The translations under genes were made by a program, and so were the position numbers. Below the pieces are notes generated by a model. The model was not told where the DNA came from, did no database searches, and worked only from the letters and a program-made list of their open reading frames with translations. From an uncultured Ilyobacter sp. (GTDB lineage Bacteria > Fusobacteriota > Fusobacteriia > Fusobacteriales > Fusobacteriaceae), in contig OY760649.1 of assembly GCA_963663915.1 (NCBI GenBank), positions 38,004 through 102,003 of the forward strand: DNA of 64,000 nt. The letters run 5' to 3'. Shown here piece by piece: positions 10,276-19,120 of the stretch (the first letter of the stretch is position 1; the number at the start of each line of letters is the position of its first letter).

Positions 10276-11223
10276 ATGAAGAGAATGATATTGTTTTTTT
10301 GCTTTTTAGTTATCGCTTTTACCGGATGTAAGTCCTACAAAGAACCAATAAGAATAACAATTAATGACTGGCCACCTTGTGAACTCTGGTATATAGCACA
10401 AGAGCAGGGATATTTTGAAGAAATCCCTGTTGATATTATAAAATTTTCAACATGGTCAGATTCTATCAACTCGCTTTATGCAGGAAAGACAGATCTGGCT
10501 CACTCTACTTATTTAAATACAATACACAACGCCTATAAAGGAGAAGATGCTAAAATAATCTTATCTTCTAGCCGTATAGAGGGGGTAGATGGTCTTGTGG
10601 TAAAAAATTATATTAGTGATTTAAAGGCCCTGAGAGGAAAAAAAATAGCTGTCGAGATCGGTACTGATGAGCATTTTTTGCTGTATAAAGCATTAAAAAA
10701 AATAGGCATTTCAAATAAGGAGGTTGAAATTGTGTCGACGACATCTGAAAAAGCAATGAAGTTATTCATAGCAGGCGAGGTAGATGCCTGTTTTACCTAT
10801 GAACCCTTTATGACAAAGGCCGCTTCTGAAGGAGAGGGTCGGGTAGCAGTTGTTACGGGAGATATTCCTACATATAATGATGCCATTATTGCTAGAAGTA
10901 AGACACTAGAAGCAAGACCAGAAGATTACAAAGTTATTATAAAGGCATGGTACAAAGCTCAGGAATATGTCAGAACTAATCCAAATGAAGCTTATCAACT
11001 GATGGCCTCTAAAGAAGACATCTCAGTGGAAGAATTTAAAGCTTTTTATGAAAGTTTCTATTTTTTTACTCCAGATGATAATAATGCAATGTTTTCTTCA
11101 GGTATGCTGGATGCAGATATAAAAACACTGAAGGAATTTCTTATGGAAAATAATTTTGTGACAAATGCCGTTGATACTAAGGAGATTTATACAACCGAAA
11201 TCTTAACTGGTGTTATGAAGTAA
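10276..11223 (+). CDS. NMT1/SsuA/TauA-type solute-binding lipoprotein (no ABC permease or ATPase nearby)
   Basis: Lipobox IAFTGC; DWPP, LKALRGKKIAVE and GEVDACFTYEPF motifs. Confidence 0.85.
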   Translation: MKRMILFFCFLVIAFTGCKSYKEPIRITINDWPPCELWYIAQEQGYFEEIPVDIIKFSTWSDSINSLYAGKTDLAHSTYLNTIHNAYKGEDAKIILSSSRIEGVDGLVVKNYISDLKALRGKKIAVEIGTDEHFLLYKALKKIGISNKEVEIVSTTSEKAMKLFIAGEVDACFTYEPFMTKAASEGEGRVAVVTGDIPTYNDAIIARSKTLEARPEDYKVIIKAWYKAQEYVRTNPNEAYQLMASKEDISVEEFKAFYESFYFFTPDDNNAMFSSGMLDADIKTLKEFLMENNFVTNAVDTKEIYTTEILTGVMK

Positions 11224-11266
11224 AATGACACTTAATTTCAGAAAAAATTTTAAAGCAGGGGAATAG

Positions 11267-12757
11267 ATGAATAAAATAAAGAAAAATTTTGTAACTCTAT
11301 ACTTAAAAATTGTACTGGGAATAGGTATAACAATGATCACTGCCGTTATTTTAGCCTCTTACTTATATAAAAATTATTTTTATGATTATATTCAAAATAA
11401 TACTGAAAAGGAAATTTCCACGATTTTAGATAGTGTGAACCTCTCAAGTTCTATTTTAATTCAAAATAAAGAGTTTTCCGATCTTCAACGGCTGACAGAA
11501 AGTATAGGGGCGAGTAGTTTCATAAGAGAAATTACAATATATAATACGGGTGCAAATATACTTGCCTCAAATAGATCCTTTAGTGATGTGAATAGTTCAA
11601 ATAAAGAATTTTTAGATGATTTACTGAGCGGTAAAAAATTTAGGTACATTAAATCTGATTTTTCTGATAATATCCTGATAATGGCTATCCCTGTTAACGG
11701 AAGTGGGTATAACAGTATAGAAAATAATGATATTATGGGAGTTATTTGTATAAAAGCAGATATCAGCGCCATAAAAGGTCTTTTGACGAACCTAAATAAT
11801 ACTTTTTTTGAAACAGCTATTATAGTAGGAATATTGATTTTGATGAGTATCCTCGGAGTGGTAACCCTTAAACTACTTATTCCTACTTCGAAACTATACA
11901 AAGCAGCTATGGCAGTCTCTGAAGGAGATTATAATCATCATATTGATGAAAATACAGAAAAAGAATTTTATCCTGTAATTAAGGAATTTAATAATATGAC
12001 TGAAAAGATAAAAATAAGAGATGAAGAATTAAAAGCACTTCATCAAAAATTGAAAGACCATAATGAAAATCTGGAAATAAAGGTGACTGAACGGACTAGT
12101 GAATTGAAATTAACTCAGGATATCACCATCAGAAGTCTGGCTCACCTGGCTGAAACCAGAGATAATGAAACAGGAAGTCATATTTTCAGAACGCAGCATT
12201 ATGTAGAAATACTGGCAGAGCATCTAAAGGATAATCCAAAATTTTCAAAATATCTTACTTCAAAAAATATTGAGTTGATTTTTAAATCGGCACCTTTGCA
12301 TGATATCGGTAAAGTAGGAATACCAGACAGCATACTTTTAAAACCCAGCGGACTCACAAAAGAAGAGTTTGAGATAATGAAAAAACACACTGTCTATGGA
12401 AGAGATACTATTATAAAATCTGAAAATTTTATCGGAAATAATTCATTTTTGGCTTTTGCCAAAGAAATAGCTTATTCTCATCATGAAAAATGGGACGGTA
12501 CAGGATATCCCGAAGGTCTTGCTGGTGAAGAGATCCCAATTTCAGCCAGATTAATGGCAATAGCCGATGTTTATGATGCTCTCGTGAGTGTAAGGCCATA
12601 TAAAAAAGCATTTACTCATGAAGAAGCAGTCAGAATAATTTTAGAGGGAGACGGAAGAACCTCTCCAAACCATTTTGATCCTGATATATTGGCTATATTT
12701 TCTAAAATTCATAATAAATTTAATGATGTTTATATTCAACATCCTGATGCTGCATAA
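11267..12757 (+). CDS. Membrane sensor HD-GYP phosphodiesterase (2 TM, extracytoplasmic domain, HAMP, HD-GYP)
   Basis: Two TM helices; HAMP (KLYKAAMAVSEGDY...FNNMTEKI); ETGSH, LHDIGK and HHEKWDGTGYP motifs. Confidence 0.92.
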   Translation: MNKIKKNFVTLYLKIVLGIGITMITAVILASYLYKNYFYDYIQNNTEKEISTILDSVNLSSSILIQNKEFSDLQRLTESIGASSFIREITIYNTGANILASNRSFSDVNSSNKEFLDDLLSGKKFRYIKSDFSDNILIMAIPVNGSGYNSIENNDIMGVICIKADISAIKGLLTNLNNTFFETAIIVGILILMSILGVVTLKLLIPTSKLYKAAMAVSEGDYNHHIDENTEKEFYPVIKEFNNMTEKIKIRDEELKALHQKLKDHNENLEIKVTERTSELKLTQDITIRSLAHLAETRDNETGSHIFRTQHYVEILAEHLKDNPKFSKYLTSKNIELIFKSAPLHDIGKVGIPDSILLKPSGLTKEEFEIMKKHTVYGRDTIIKSENFIGNNSFLAFAKEIAYSHHEKWDGTGYPEGLAGEEIPISARLMAIADVYDALVSVRPYKKAFTHEEAVRIILEGDGRTSPNHFDPDILAIFSKIHNKFNDVYIQHPDAA

Positions 12758-12956
12758 ATATACAACAATAATCAAAGAGAAGTCCCGGGGGCTCGAAATA
12801 GAAAGCTTCTTTTGTCTTTGTAATGTAAGTCCAACTAGGTAACTGTGTTTAAAACCTGAAAAAATACATTATTAAAATAATTATAAGTTTTACTTTGAAA
12901 AAATAAAAAAAAAGGTAGTATTGTTTACGAAAGCAGTAAATACTAGGAGGAAAAAT

Positions 12957-13136
12957 ATGGCTTATCAAATAATTGAAAATGACTGTGTCACTTGTGGAGC
13001 TTGTGAACCGAAGTGTCCTGTCGAATGTATATCTGAGCTAACTAGCGGAGCAAGAACTGTCGATGAGTCTGTTTGCATTGACTGTGGCAACTGTGCAGAG
13101 ACATGTCCAGTTGGTTGTATTTCTCCGGTGGAGTAA
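12957..13136 (+). CDS. Clostridial-type 2[4Fe-4S] ferredoxin
   Basis: Two CxxCxxCxxxCP motifs; RBS AGGAGG before ATG 12957. Confidence 0.92.
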   Translation: MAYQIIENDCVTCGACEPKCPVECISELTSGARTVDESVCIDCGNCAETCPVGCISPVE

Positions 13137-13164
13137 TTTTCTAAGATAAAAATATAATTCTAAT

Positions 13165-13189
13165 GAGAGTCCATTTGGGCTCTTTTTTT
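13165..13189 (+). terminator. Intrinsic terminator after the ferredoxin gene
   Basis: GAGAGTCC-attt-GGGCTCTT followed by a T-tract. Confidence 0.65.
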
Positions 13190-13327
13190 ACAATAAAAAA
13201 AAACTAACCAAACCTATAGGTATGTTTTATGTATATAATGTATAATGTAGTCCCTTTTTTTATCTTTTTAATAAACTTTTCTAGATCAGTATTTTTAACG
13301 GATAGATGCATTTAAAAAATAAATAAA

Positions 13328-13797
13328 TTCTCCGCAAGTATGATGGTATAAGTAGCCCATAATTTAATAGGGTTCTCCGCAAGTATGATGGTTTCTAAGT
13401 TAATAATAACAAGGATTTATAGACTTTTGTGCTTTCTCCGTAAGTGTGATGGTGTTGCAAGTACTAATTTTATTATATTCTCCGTAAGTATGATGATGTC
13501 GAGCCCATATTTTCCCTATTAAAATGTAGATATAAAAATTCTCCGTAAGTATGATGGTGTCGTGACCCCCCTAATTTGTTATATTCTCCGCAAGAGAGAT
13601 GTTTTCAACACACGATTTTATTAGGTTTAAGCTTTGTTATATATTCTCCCTATCCATGATGGAGTCTGGAATGGCTTATTTTATTGGATTCTCCCTATCT
13701 ATGATGTGTTTAAGATTAGTAAATGTCGGAATTATTGATTAAAATCTATTCTCCGTAACTGAGATGATATTTTTATATTCTCCTGAGAGATGATGCT
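13328..13797 (+). repeat. Iteron array (10 copies, consensus TTCTCCGTAAGTATGATGGT); probable replication origin
   Basis: Copies start at 13328, 13373, 13434, 13478, 13539, 13584, 13644, 13689, 13749 and 13778; AT-rich flank; directly upstream of rep-parA. Confidence 0.85.
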
Positions 13798-13931
13798 TTT
13801 TAAACCTTATTTTATTAGAAAAATTATAAATTAACTTGGAAATATGTAAAAAATAAGCTATTATTAGAATAATAAAATAACAGGGTTATGAAGAATAAAA
13901 AGTGATATAACATCACACTTAGGGAGAAAAT

Positions 13932-15596
13932 ATGAATAAAAAGCTTAAGGAGTCTTATGCTTTGTTTGATTCAAGGAGAAATCCAGAAGATTCAACTGTG
14001 AGAATAATAAAAAAAGATATAGAAGAAATTGAAACTAAAATAATAAGTTACGGCCAATCAGATGAAAAATGGGAGATCTCAAGTTTGGATCATATAAGCC
14101 TTCCATTTTTTACCAGGAAAAAAAATAAAAAAGTGAATCTAGTTTATCATTTTGCTGACTTTGGCATTAAGATGCATTGTAATATAACTTCCCAGGAAAA
14201 GGATGCACAACAGCCGTCAGAGTTTGAGGAAAGTATATTTGAGTATGTGGTTCAGAGGGCTTTTGAGGCTTATAAAGACGAGCTTACGAGCATAGAGAGT
14301 AACGAAGAATTTACAGATGGTACGAAAGAAAAATTAAAAAGAAATATCATTAATAGTATTGAAATAACCTTTTCTATAGATGACCTTTTAAAGCACTTGG
14401 GACTTCTAAAGAGCCAATCGCTCTATACAAAAGTTGAAAAAGCTCTTAATAATATGAAGTTCACTGAATACTACTTTGAGACAGAAAACTCAAAGAAAGC
14501 TAAGCAGAGTAATTATATATTTGAAACAGACACCTTTAAGCTAATTAATTATCAGAAACTAAAAGAGGGACGGAAAACCTTTTATAAAATAATTCCTAGT
14601 TCTACTTTACTTCAGCGAGCTCTGCAGAATAAAAATTATCTTTATTTTACCGAAAGTTCAAGAAGAGATATATCTAAACATAGCAGAGCAGCTTTGAGAA
14701 TTTTCAGATATATAGGGAAAAAAAGATTTTCCAAAGTCCAAGACACATCTTCCTTGGAAGCATTGGCAATGGTTGTTCCTTATGAGGTAGAAACTAAGGT
14801 AACCAAGAAGACTAAGTCAGGAGAAAAGGAATACTATACCTGTAGAAGAAAAGAGATAAAAGCCCGGATAGAGGAGCATATGAACCTTCTAGTGAGCTTG
14901 GGTTATTTAAAAAAATATAAGACTATTTACCATGGTGAAAAAAATTATGAATTTTGGTATGAATTTGGAGAGAAGATGGGGATAATAACTACTCATACTC
15001 TTAAATTGGAGCAGAAAAAGCAAGTGCAATTAGTTGAGGAAAAGAATGTCACTTCAAAAAAATCTTTTATTGAGAAAGATACAGGCAGGCTAAAAAATGA
15101 GATAGACAAGGCTAAAAGAAATATATTTATATCCAAGACATGGAATAAAAGGGTGGACAACAAAATCAAAAAGATAGTGGTAGAGGACGGAGAGGATTAT
15201 GCTGTATATATTTTGAAGACAGCATATAAAAATCTTAAGCAGGATATTAGGACTACTTTAGTTCAGTACATAAATGGGATAATGAAAAATATTCCTAAGA
15301 GCGAATTTCAAGAAGAAAATGTAGAAAAAGATGTTAGAACATCAAAAGTTTTAGAACCTCAGGGTATAACAGAGAAAGAGGATAAAAAACTTTCAGATGT
15401 GCAGGTAGATCCTATGACCGCAATTTTACATGATATGTACTTGAAAATGAAGGATGAGGAGCAGGAGACTTTGAGAAAAAAAGCAAGGGAGCTTTATCTT
15501 AAGGATACCAACTCAAAATCGCTCAGTGGAGTACATGAAAAAATATTTAAGAACTTAGAAAAAAATTATATTATTAGAATAATCAAGGGGGAGTAG
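13932..15596 (+). CDS. Putative plasmid replication initiator (Rep)
   Basis: Position between iterons and parA; basic, helical, winged-helix-like segment ITFSIDDLLKHLG...LYTKVEKALNNMK; family not recognised. Confidence 0.6.
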   Translation: MNKKLKESYALFDSRRNPEDSTVRIIKKDIEEIETKIISYGQSDEKWEISSLDHISLPFFTRKKNKKVNLVYHFADFGIKMHCNITSQEKDAQQPSEFEESIFEYVVQRAFEAYKDELTSIESNEEFTDGTKEKLKRNIINSIEITFSIDDLLKHLGLLKSQSLYTKVEKALNNMKFTEYYFETENSKKAKQSNYIFETDTFKLINYQKLKEGRKTFYKIIPSSTLLQRALQNKNYLYFTESSRRDISKHSRAALRIFRYIGKKRFSKVQDTSSLEALAMVVPYEVETKVTKKTKSGEKEYYTCRRKEIKARIEEHMNLLVSLGYLKKYKTIYHGEKNYEFWYEFGEKMGIITTHTLKLEQKKQVQLVEEKNVTSKKSFIEKDTGRLKNEIDKAKRNIFISKTWNKRVDNKIKKIVVEDGEDYAVYILKTAYKNLKQDIRTTLVQYINGIMKNIPKSEFQEENVEKDVRTSKVLEPQGITEKEDKKLSDVQVDPMTAILHDMYLKMKDEEQETLRKKARELYLKDTNSKSLSGVHEKIFKNLEKNYIIRIIKGE

Positions 15597-16331
15597 ATGA
15601 AAGTAATATCTATTTTGAATCAAAAGGGTGGCGTAGGAAAGAGTACTACTGCAGTAAACCTTTCTGTTGCTCTTAGTAAATTAGACAAAAAAGTTTTATT
15701 AATAGATCTTGATCCCCAGGGGGATAGTACAGATACCTCTGGAATAATAGACGAACAGGAAAATACAACTCTTGAGTTTCTTCTTAAAGGAATAGACAGC
15801 AGGATAAAGACGGAACATTATGATGTTATCCCAGCTGACATATCTTTGGCGGGATTTGATCTGTTAGTAGCAAGTAAGATTGCAAGGGAAAGTATCCTAA
15901 AAAGTTCTGTAAGCAATTTTAAGGATGAGTATGACTTTATATTGTTAGATTGTCAACCCAGCCTTTCTTTATTGCCCCTGAATGCCCTAGTAGCCTCAGA
16001 TTTAGTACTAGTTCCAATGATGGCTGAAAAATACAGTACGAAGGGAATAGATGCACTTTTGAACACTATAGAGGAGATTAAGCCCCTCAATGAAAATTTG
16101 GACTACAAATTTTTAATAACCAGATATAATAAAAGTTTTTCACACAATGTAGCCTTGGAGAAAGAGATCAGAGAGATTATAGGAGATATAACTTTGACCA
16201 CTCTAATTAGGCAGGATGTAAAAATATCCAATTCACAGATGGAATCTATGAATATTTTCGATTATGACAGTAAAAGTAAGGCTGCTAAGGATTATAGTCA
16301 GCTGGCAGAGGAAGTGATTGGTCTTGGGTAG
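15597..16331 (+). CDS. parA: ParA/Soj partition ATPase
   Basis: Deviant Walker [11 protein letters not shown]; LIDLDPQG; [11 protein letters not shown]. Confidence 0.95.
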   Translation: MKVISILNQKGGVGKSTTAVNLSVALSKLDKKVLLIDLDPQGDSTDTSGIIDEQENTTLEFLLKGIDSRIKTEHYDVIPADISLAGFDLLVASKIARESILKSSVSNFKDEYDFILLDCQPSLSLLPLNALVASDLVLVPMMAEKYSTKGIDALLNTIEEIKPLNENLDYKFLITRYNKSFSHNVALEKEIREIIGDITLTTLIRQDVKISNSQMESMNIFDYDSKSKAAKDYSQLAEEVIGLG

Positions 16332-17013
16332 AAAAACATCTGGATTATTAAGCATAAAAGAAAAGGGTGAAAAGATAAAAGAGAGAAATGCTGACATTGA
16401 AAAAGTTACTGGTAACACTGTGTTACCAGTAAAATTAGAGGAAGATTTTAATATCACGGAAAATAAAGAAACAAATGAATTTTTAGTTAAAAAATCTATT
16501 GAAGTTTTAGGAATACAGGCAAAAGCTTCAGTAGACTTAGGTAAGATATTTAAAGAAGTTCATGAAAAACTTGCAGGAAATAACCATCATAATGGTGTTT
16601 ATACAGTATGGTTAGAGAAGAACGGTTTCAACAAAATGACTGCTCTCAGACATAGAAGAAGGTATGAACTTTATATGCTGGTAAACTCAGAAAATGGCAA
16701 AGCCTTTGTAGCTACTTTACCGGTAAGAATTATAGATTCTATATATAGGCAGGAAGATGTTAGTGGTATAGCAGCTACAATTAGTGATGGAATAACAAGA
16801 GATGAATTAGAAAGTATGATGACAAGTCCTGAAATATTTGAAGGAGTATCCATATTACCCTACAATCCTGAAGAAGCAGAAAAATTATACAATGATATAG
16901 GAAGTATATATCAGAAAGTTTCCCTAGATAAAGTTTCAGAAAATAACAAAGATGATTTTGAAAAGGATATGAAGAGAATAGAGAAGATTCTTTCAAAGTG
17001 GTCCTCCAGCTAG
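16318..17013 (+). CDS. ParA-associated putative centromere-binding protein (non-canonical ParB)
   Basis: Overlaps the parA stop; disordered basic N-terminus; helical core [22 protein letters not shown]; no ParB CTPase GxRR box seen. Confidence 0.55.
   Translation: MVLGRKTSGLLSIKEKGEKIKERNADIEKVTGNTVLPVKLEEDFNITENKETNEFLVKKSIEVLGIQAKASVDLGKIFKEVHEKLAGNNHHNGVYTVWLEKNGFNKMTALRHRRRYELYMLVNSENGKAFVATLPVRIIDSIYRQEDVSGIAATISDGITRDELESMMTSPEIFEGVSILPYNPEEAEKLYNDIGSIYQKVSLDKVSENNKDDFEKDMKRIEKILSKWSSS
16406..16432. repeat. Perfect palindrome TTACTGGTAACAC-T-GTGTTACCAGTAA (candidate parS 1)
   Basis: 13-bp arms around one central base, inside the parA partner gene. Confidence 0.75.
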
Positions 17014-17026
17014 AAAAATAAAATAA

Positions 17027-17055
17027 TTTAGTGGTAACACTGTGTTACCACTAAA
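17027..17055. repeat. Perfect palindrome TTTAGTGGTAACAC-T-GTGTTACCACTAAA (candidate parS 2)
   Basis: 14-bp arms; shares the 19-bp core TGGTAACACTGTGTTACCA with copy 1. Confidence 0.75.
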
Positions 17056-17133
17056 AAATATACTTGAACATGAAAAAATAAAATTCTATCTAAATGAAAA
17101 AACTGTATTATAACTGAAGGGAGCGGATTATCA

Positions 17134-17415
17134 ATGACACTTGAGAATTTTAAGAGTTTTCTGAAAAAAGAAAAAATTTTTGATAAATATGCTCTTGAAA
17201 AAATAGGAGTTTTTGGTTCCTTAGCAAGAGGTGAAGACGGGAATGACATAGATATTTTGGTGGAAGATCTCAATTATAGGAAATGGATCTCTATAAAAAA
17301 TGACCTAGAGAATAATTATCATCTTCATCTGGATGTTGTTTTAGAGAAGTACGCTAACCCTATTGTTTTGATGAGAGCTAAGAAGGAGATTGTCTATGTC
17401 ACCAAATATAACTAA
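17134..17415 (+). CDS. Minimal nucleotidyltransferase (MNT) antitoxin
   Basis: GVFGSLARGEDGNDIDILV. Confidence 0.88.
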   Translation: MTLENFKSFLKKEKIFDKYALEKIGVFGSLARGEDGNDIDILVEDLNYRKWISIKNDLENNYHLHLDVVLEKYANPIVLMRAKKEIVYVTKYN

Positions 17416-17851
17416 TGACCTAATGTATATTTTAAGTATTCTAGAAAGTATTGGAAAATTATCTGGATACGCAAAAGGTTATTCTGATGCAGAAGAGTTT
17501 TTTGAAGCAGCAGATCAAATGCCATTCAATGCATCCCTCTCTTTATTGGTAAACATAGGAGAAGCCTCTGGAAAAACAAGTAAAGAGCTTAGAGATAAGC
17601 ACGCAGATATTCCTTGGAAAACAATGAAAGATTTTAGAAATAGAGTGGCTCATGACTATGTTAATCTAAATATATTTGTTATTTTTGATGTGATAAAGGA
17701 AAAACTTCCATCGATATTAGGAAATTTAGAAGATCTTGTTGCAACAGAGATAAACAATAAAAATTTCATGCTAGAAGAATATCAAGTGTGCATAGGTAAT
17801 AGGTTTTATAAGCATGTAAGATTTGATAAGATAAATTCTAAGATTATATAA
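17390..17851 (+). CDS. HEPN/DUF86 (HepT-like) RNase toxin
   Basis: IPWKTMKDFRNRVAHDY (R-X4-H-X-Y); overlaps the MNT gene. Confidence 0.88.
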   Translation: MSMSPNITNDLMYILSILESIGKLSGYAKGYSDAEEFFEAADQMPFNASLSLLVNIGEASGKTSKELRDKHADIPWKTMKDFRNRVAHDYVNLNIFVIFDVIKEKLPSILGNLEDLVATEINNKNFMLEEYQVCIGNRFYKHVRFDKINSKII

Positions 17852-17870
17852 TATTTATACATACAACTTT

Positions 17871-17899
17871 AGAGAGACTAAACGGCCTCTCTTTTTTTT
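17871..17899 (+). terminator. Intrinsic terminator
   Basis: AGAGAGACT-aaac-GGCCTCTCT followed by a T-tract. Confidence 0.6.
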
Positions 17900-17951
17900 G
17901 GGTTTAAATGCAAAACCATTATAACCTCTTATGTTTATTTTTAAAATATAA

Positions 17952-17980
17952 TTGACAAACCAGGTCATTAGGTGTACTGT
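17952..17980 (+). promoter_or_regulatory. sigma70-type promoter upstream of riboswitch 2
   Basis: TTGACA-N17-TACTGT. Confidence 0.5.
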
Positions 17981-18002
17981 GATACTGATACATAAAAGTA
18001 TA

Positions 18003-18075
18003 TAGAAAATGGCAAACTAATGGAAACGTTAGGACGCAAAGCTATAGGGCCTTTAAAATGGTAGCCAGTCGCCGC
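18003..18075 (+). ncRNA. c-di-GMP-I (GEMM) riboswitch
   Basis: GGCAAACTAATGGAAACGTTAGGACGCAAAGCTATAGGGCCTTTAAAATGGTAGCCAG; terminator ATGCCTTTC-tgcg-GAAGGGCAT-TTTTT at 18118-18144. Confidence 0.9.
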
Positions 18076-18177
18076 AAGTGAATGAACATTTGTGTATTCT
18101 TGAGCTAAATTTTTATTATGCCTTTCTGCGGAAGGGCATTTTTTATTTGAAAAATTTTAAAAATAGGAGTTTATATA

Positions 18178-19062
18178 ATGCATATTAAGTCAAAAAAAGC
18201 TTTCAGGATTGTATTGAGCTACATGTTTTTTGGGTTCATGTGGATACTGTTTTCTGATAAACTGTTGTATACCATTGCCCACAACACACATACGTATTAT
18301 ACTTTGTCTGTGCACAAGGGGGCAATATTTGTTATATTTACTACCTTTTTGCTATTAAAAATGATGGATAACAATATTTCAGAATACAAGGATAATAAAA
18401 AAATCATAAATGAAAAAGAGCAGGAGCTGAAAGAGATAAGCAAGAACTACAGGGTAAACCTGCAAAAAGATATCGTTCGTTCTTTTATCAGAGCTTTGGA
18501 AATTCATGATGACTACACTAAGGGACATTCTGAAGAGGTAGCATATTATTGCATGAAGATGGGGAAGGCTCTGAATTTAAGTGATAAAAATCTTGAAGAT
18601 CTCTACTGGGCGGCCATTATGCATGACATAGGGAAAATAATCATACCCGTTGAAGTACTCAATAAAAAAGAGAGACTGAGTGAATCAGAATATGAATTGA
18701 TAAAAGGGCACTCGAGAAAAGGGTATGAGATACTCTCAGAAAGTAAGACACTGAAAAACATATCTGACTATATTCTGTATCATCATGAAAGGTGGGATGG
18801 AAATGGATACCCGGATGGGTTGGCAAAGGATGAAATTCCAATTCTGTCACAGATCGTAGCTGTAGCTGATTCTTGGCATGCTATGACATCAGATAGACCA
18901 TATAAAAAGGCTCTGTCTGTGGAAGAAGGGCTAAAGGAACTCATAAGAAACAAGGGAACACAATTTTCTCCTAAGATCGTAGATCTGTTTATAGAGAATG
19001 AAGCGTATTTTATCTCTGAACCTCTTTTGGTAAAAAGAGTGGCCTGGTCAAAAACAGAATAG
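18178..19062 (+). CDS. Membrane-anchored HD-GYP phosphodiesterase
   Basis: Two N-terminal TM helices; YTKGHS, MHDIGK and HHERWDGNGYP motifs. Confidence 0.92.
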   Translation: MHIKSKKAFRIVLSYMFFGFMWILFSDKLLYTIAHNTHTYYTLSVHKGAIFVIFTTFLLLKMMDNNISEYKDNKKIINEKEQELKEISKNYRVNLQKDIVRSFIRALEIHDDYTKGHSEEVAYYCMKMGKALNLSDKNLEDLYWAAIMHDIGKIIIPVEVLNKKERLSESEYELIKGHSRKGYEILSESKTLKNISDYILYHHERWDGNGYPDGLAKDEIPILSQIVAVADSWHAMTSDRPYKKALSVEEGLKELIRNKGTQFSPKIVDLFIENEAYFISEPLLVKRVAWSKTE

Positions 19063-19120
19063 AAAATTATTCGATTTAAGATAAAAAACAGATTTTAATA
19101 TTGGGATAAAGAGAGGGGAA

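Noticed and set aside
13328-13797. Repeat-spacer-like pattern read as a degenerate CRISPR or mini-array
   Set aside because: Repeats are ~20 bp and degenerate, spacer lengths alternate, and they are unrelated to the 37-bp repeat; position before rep-parA fits iterons.
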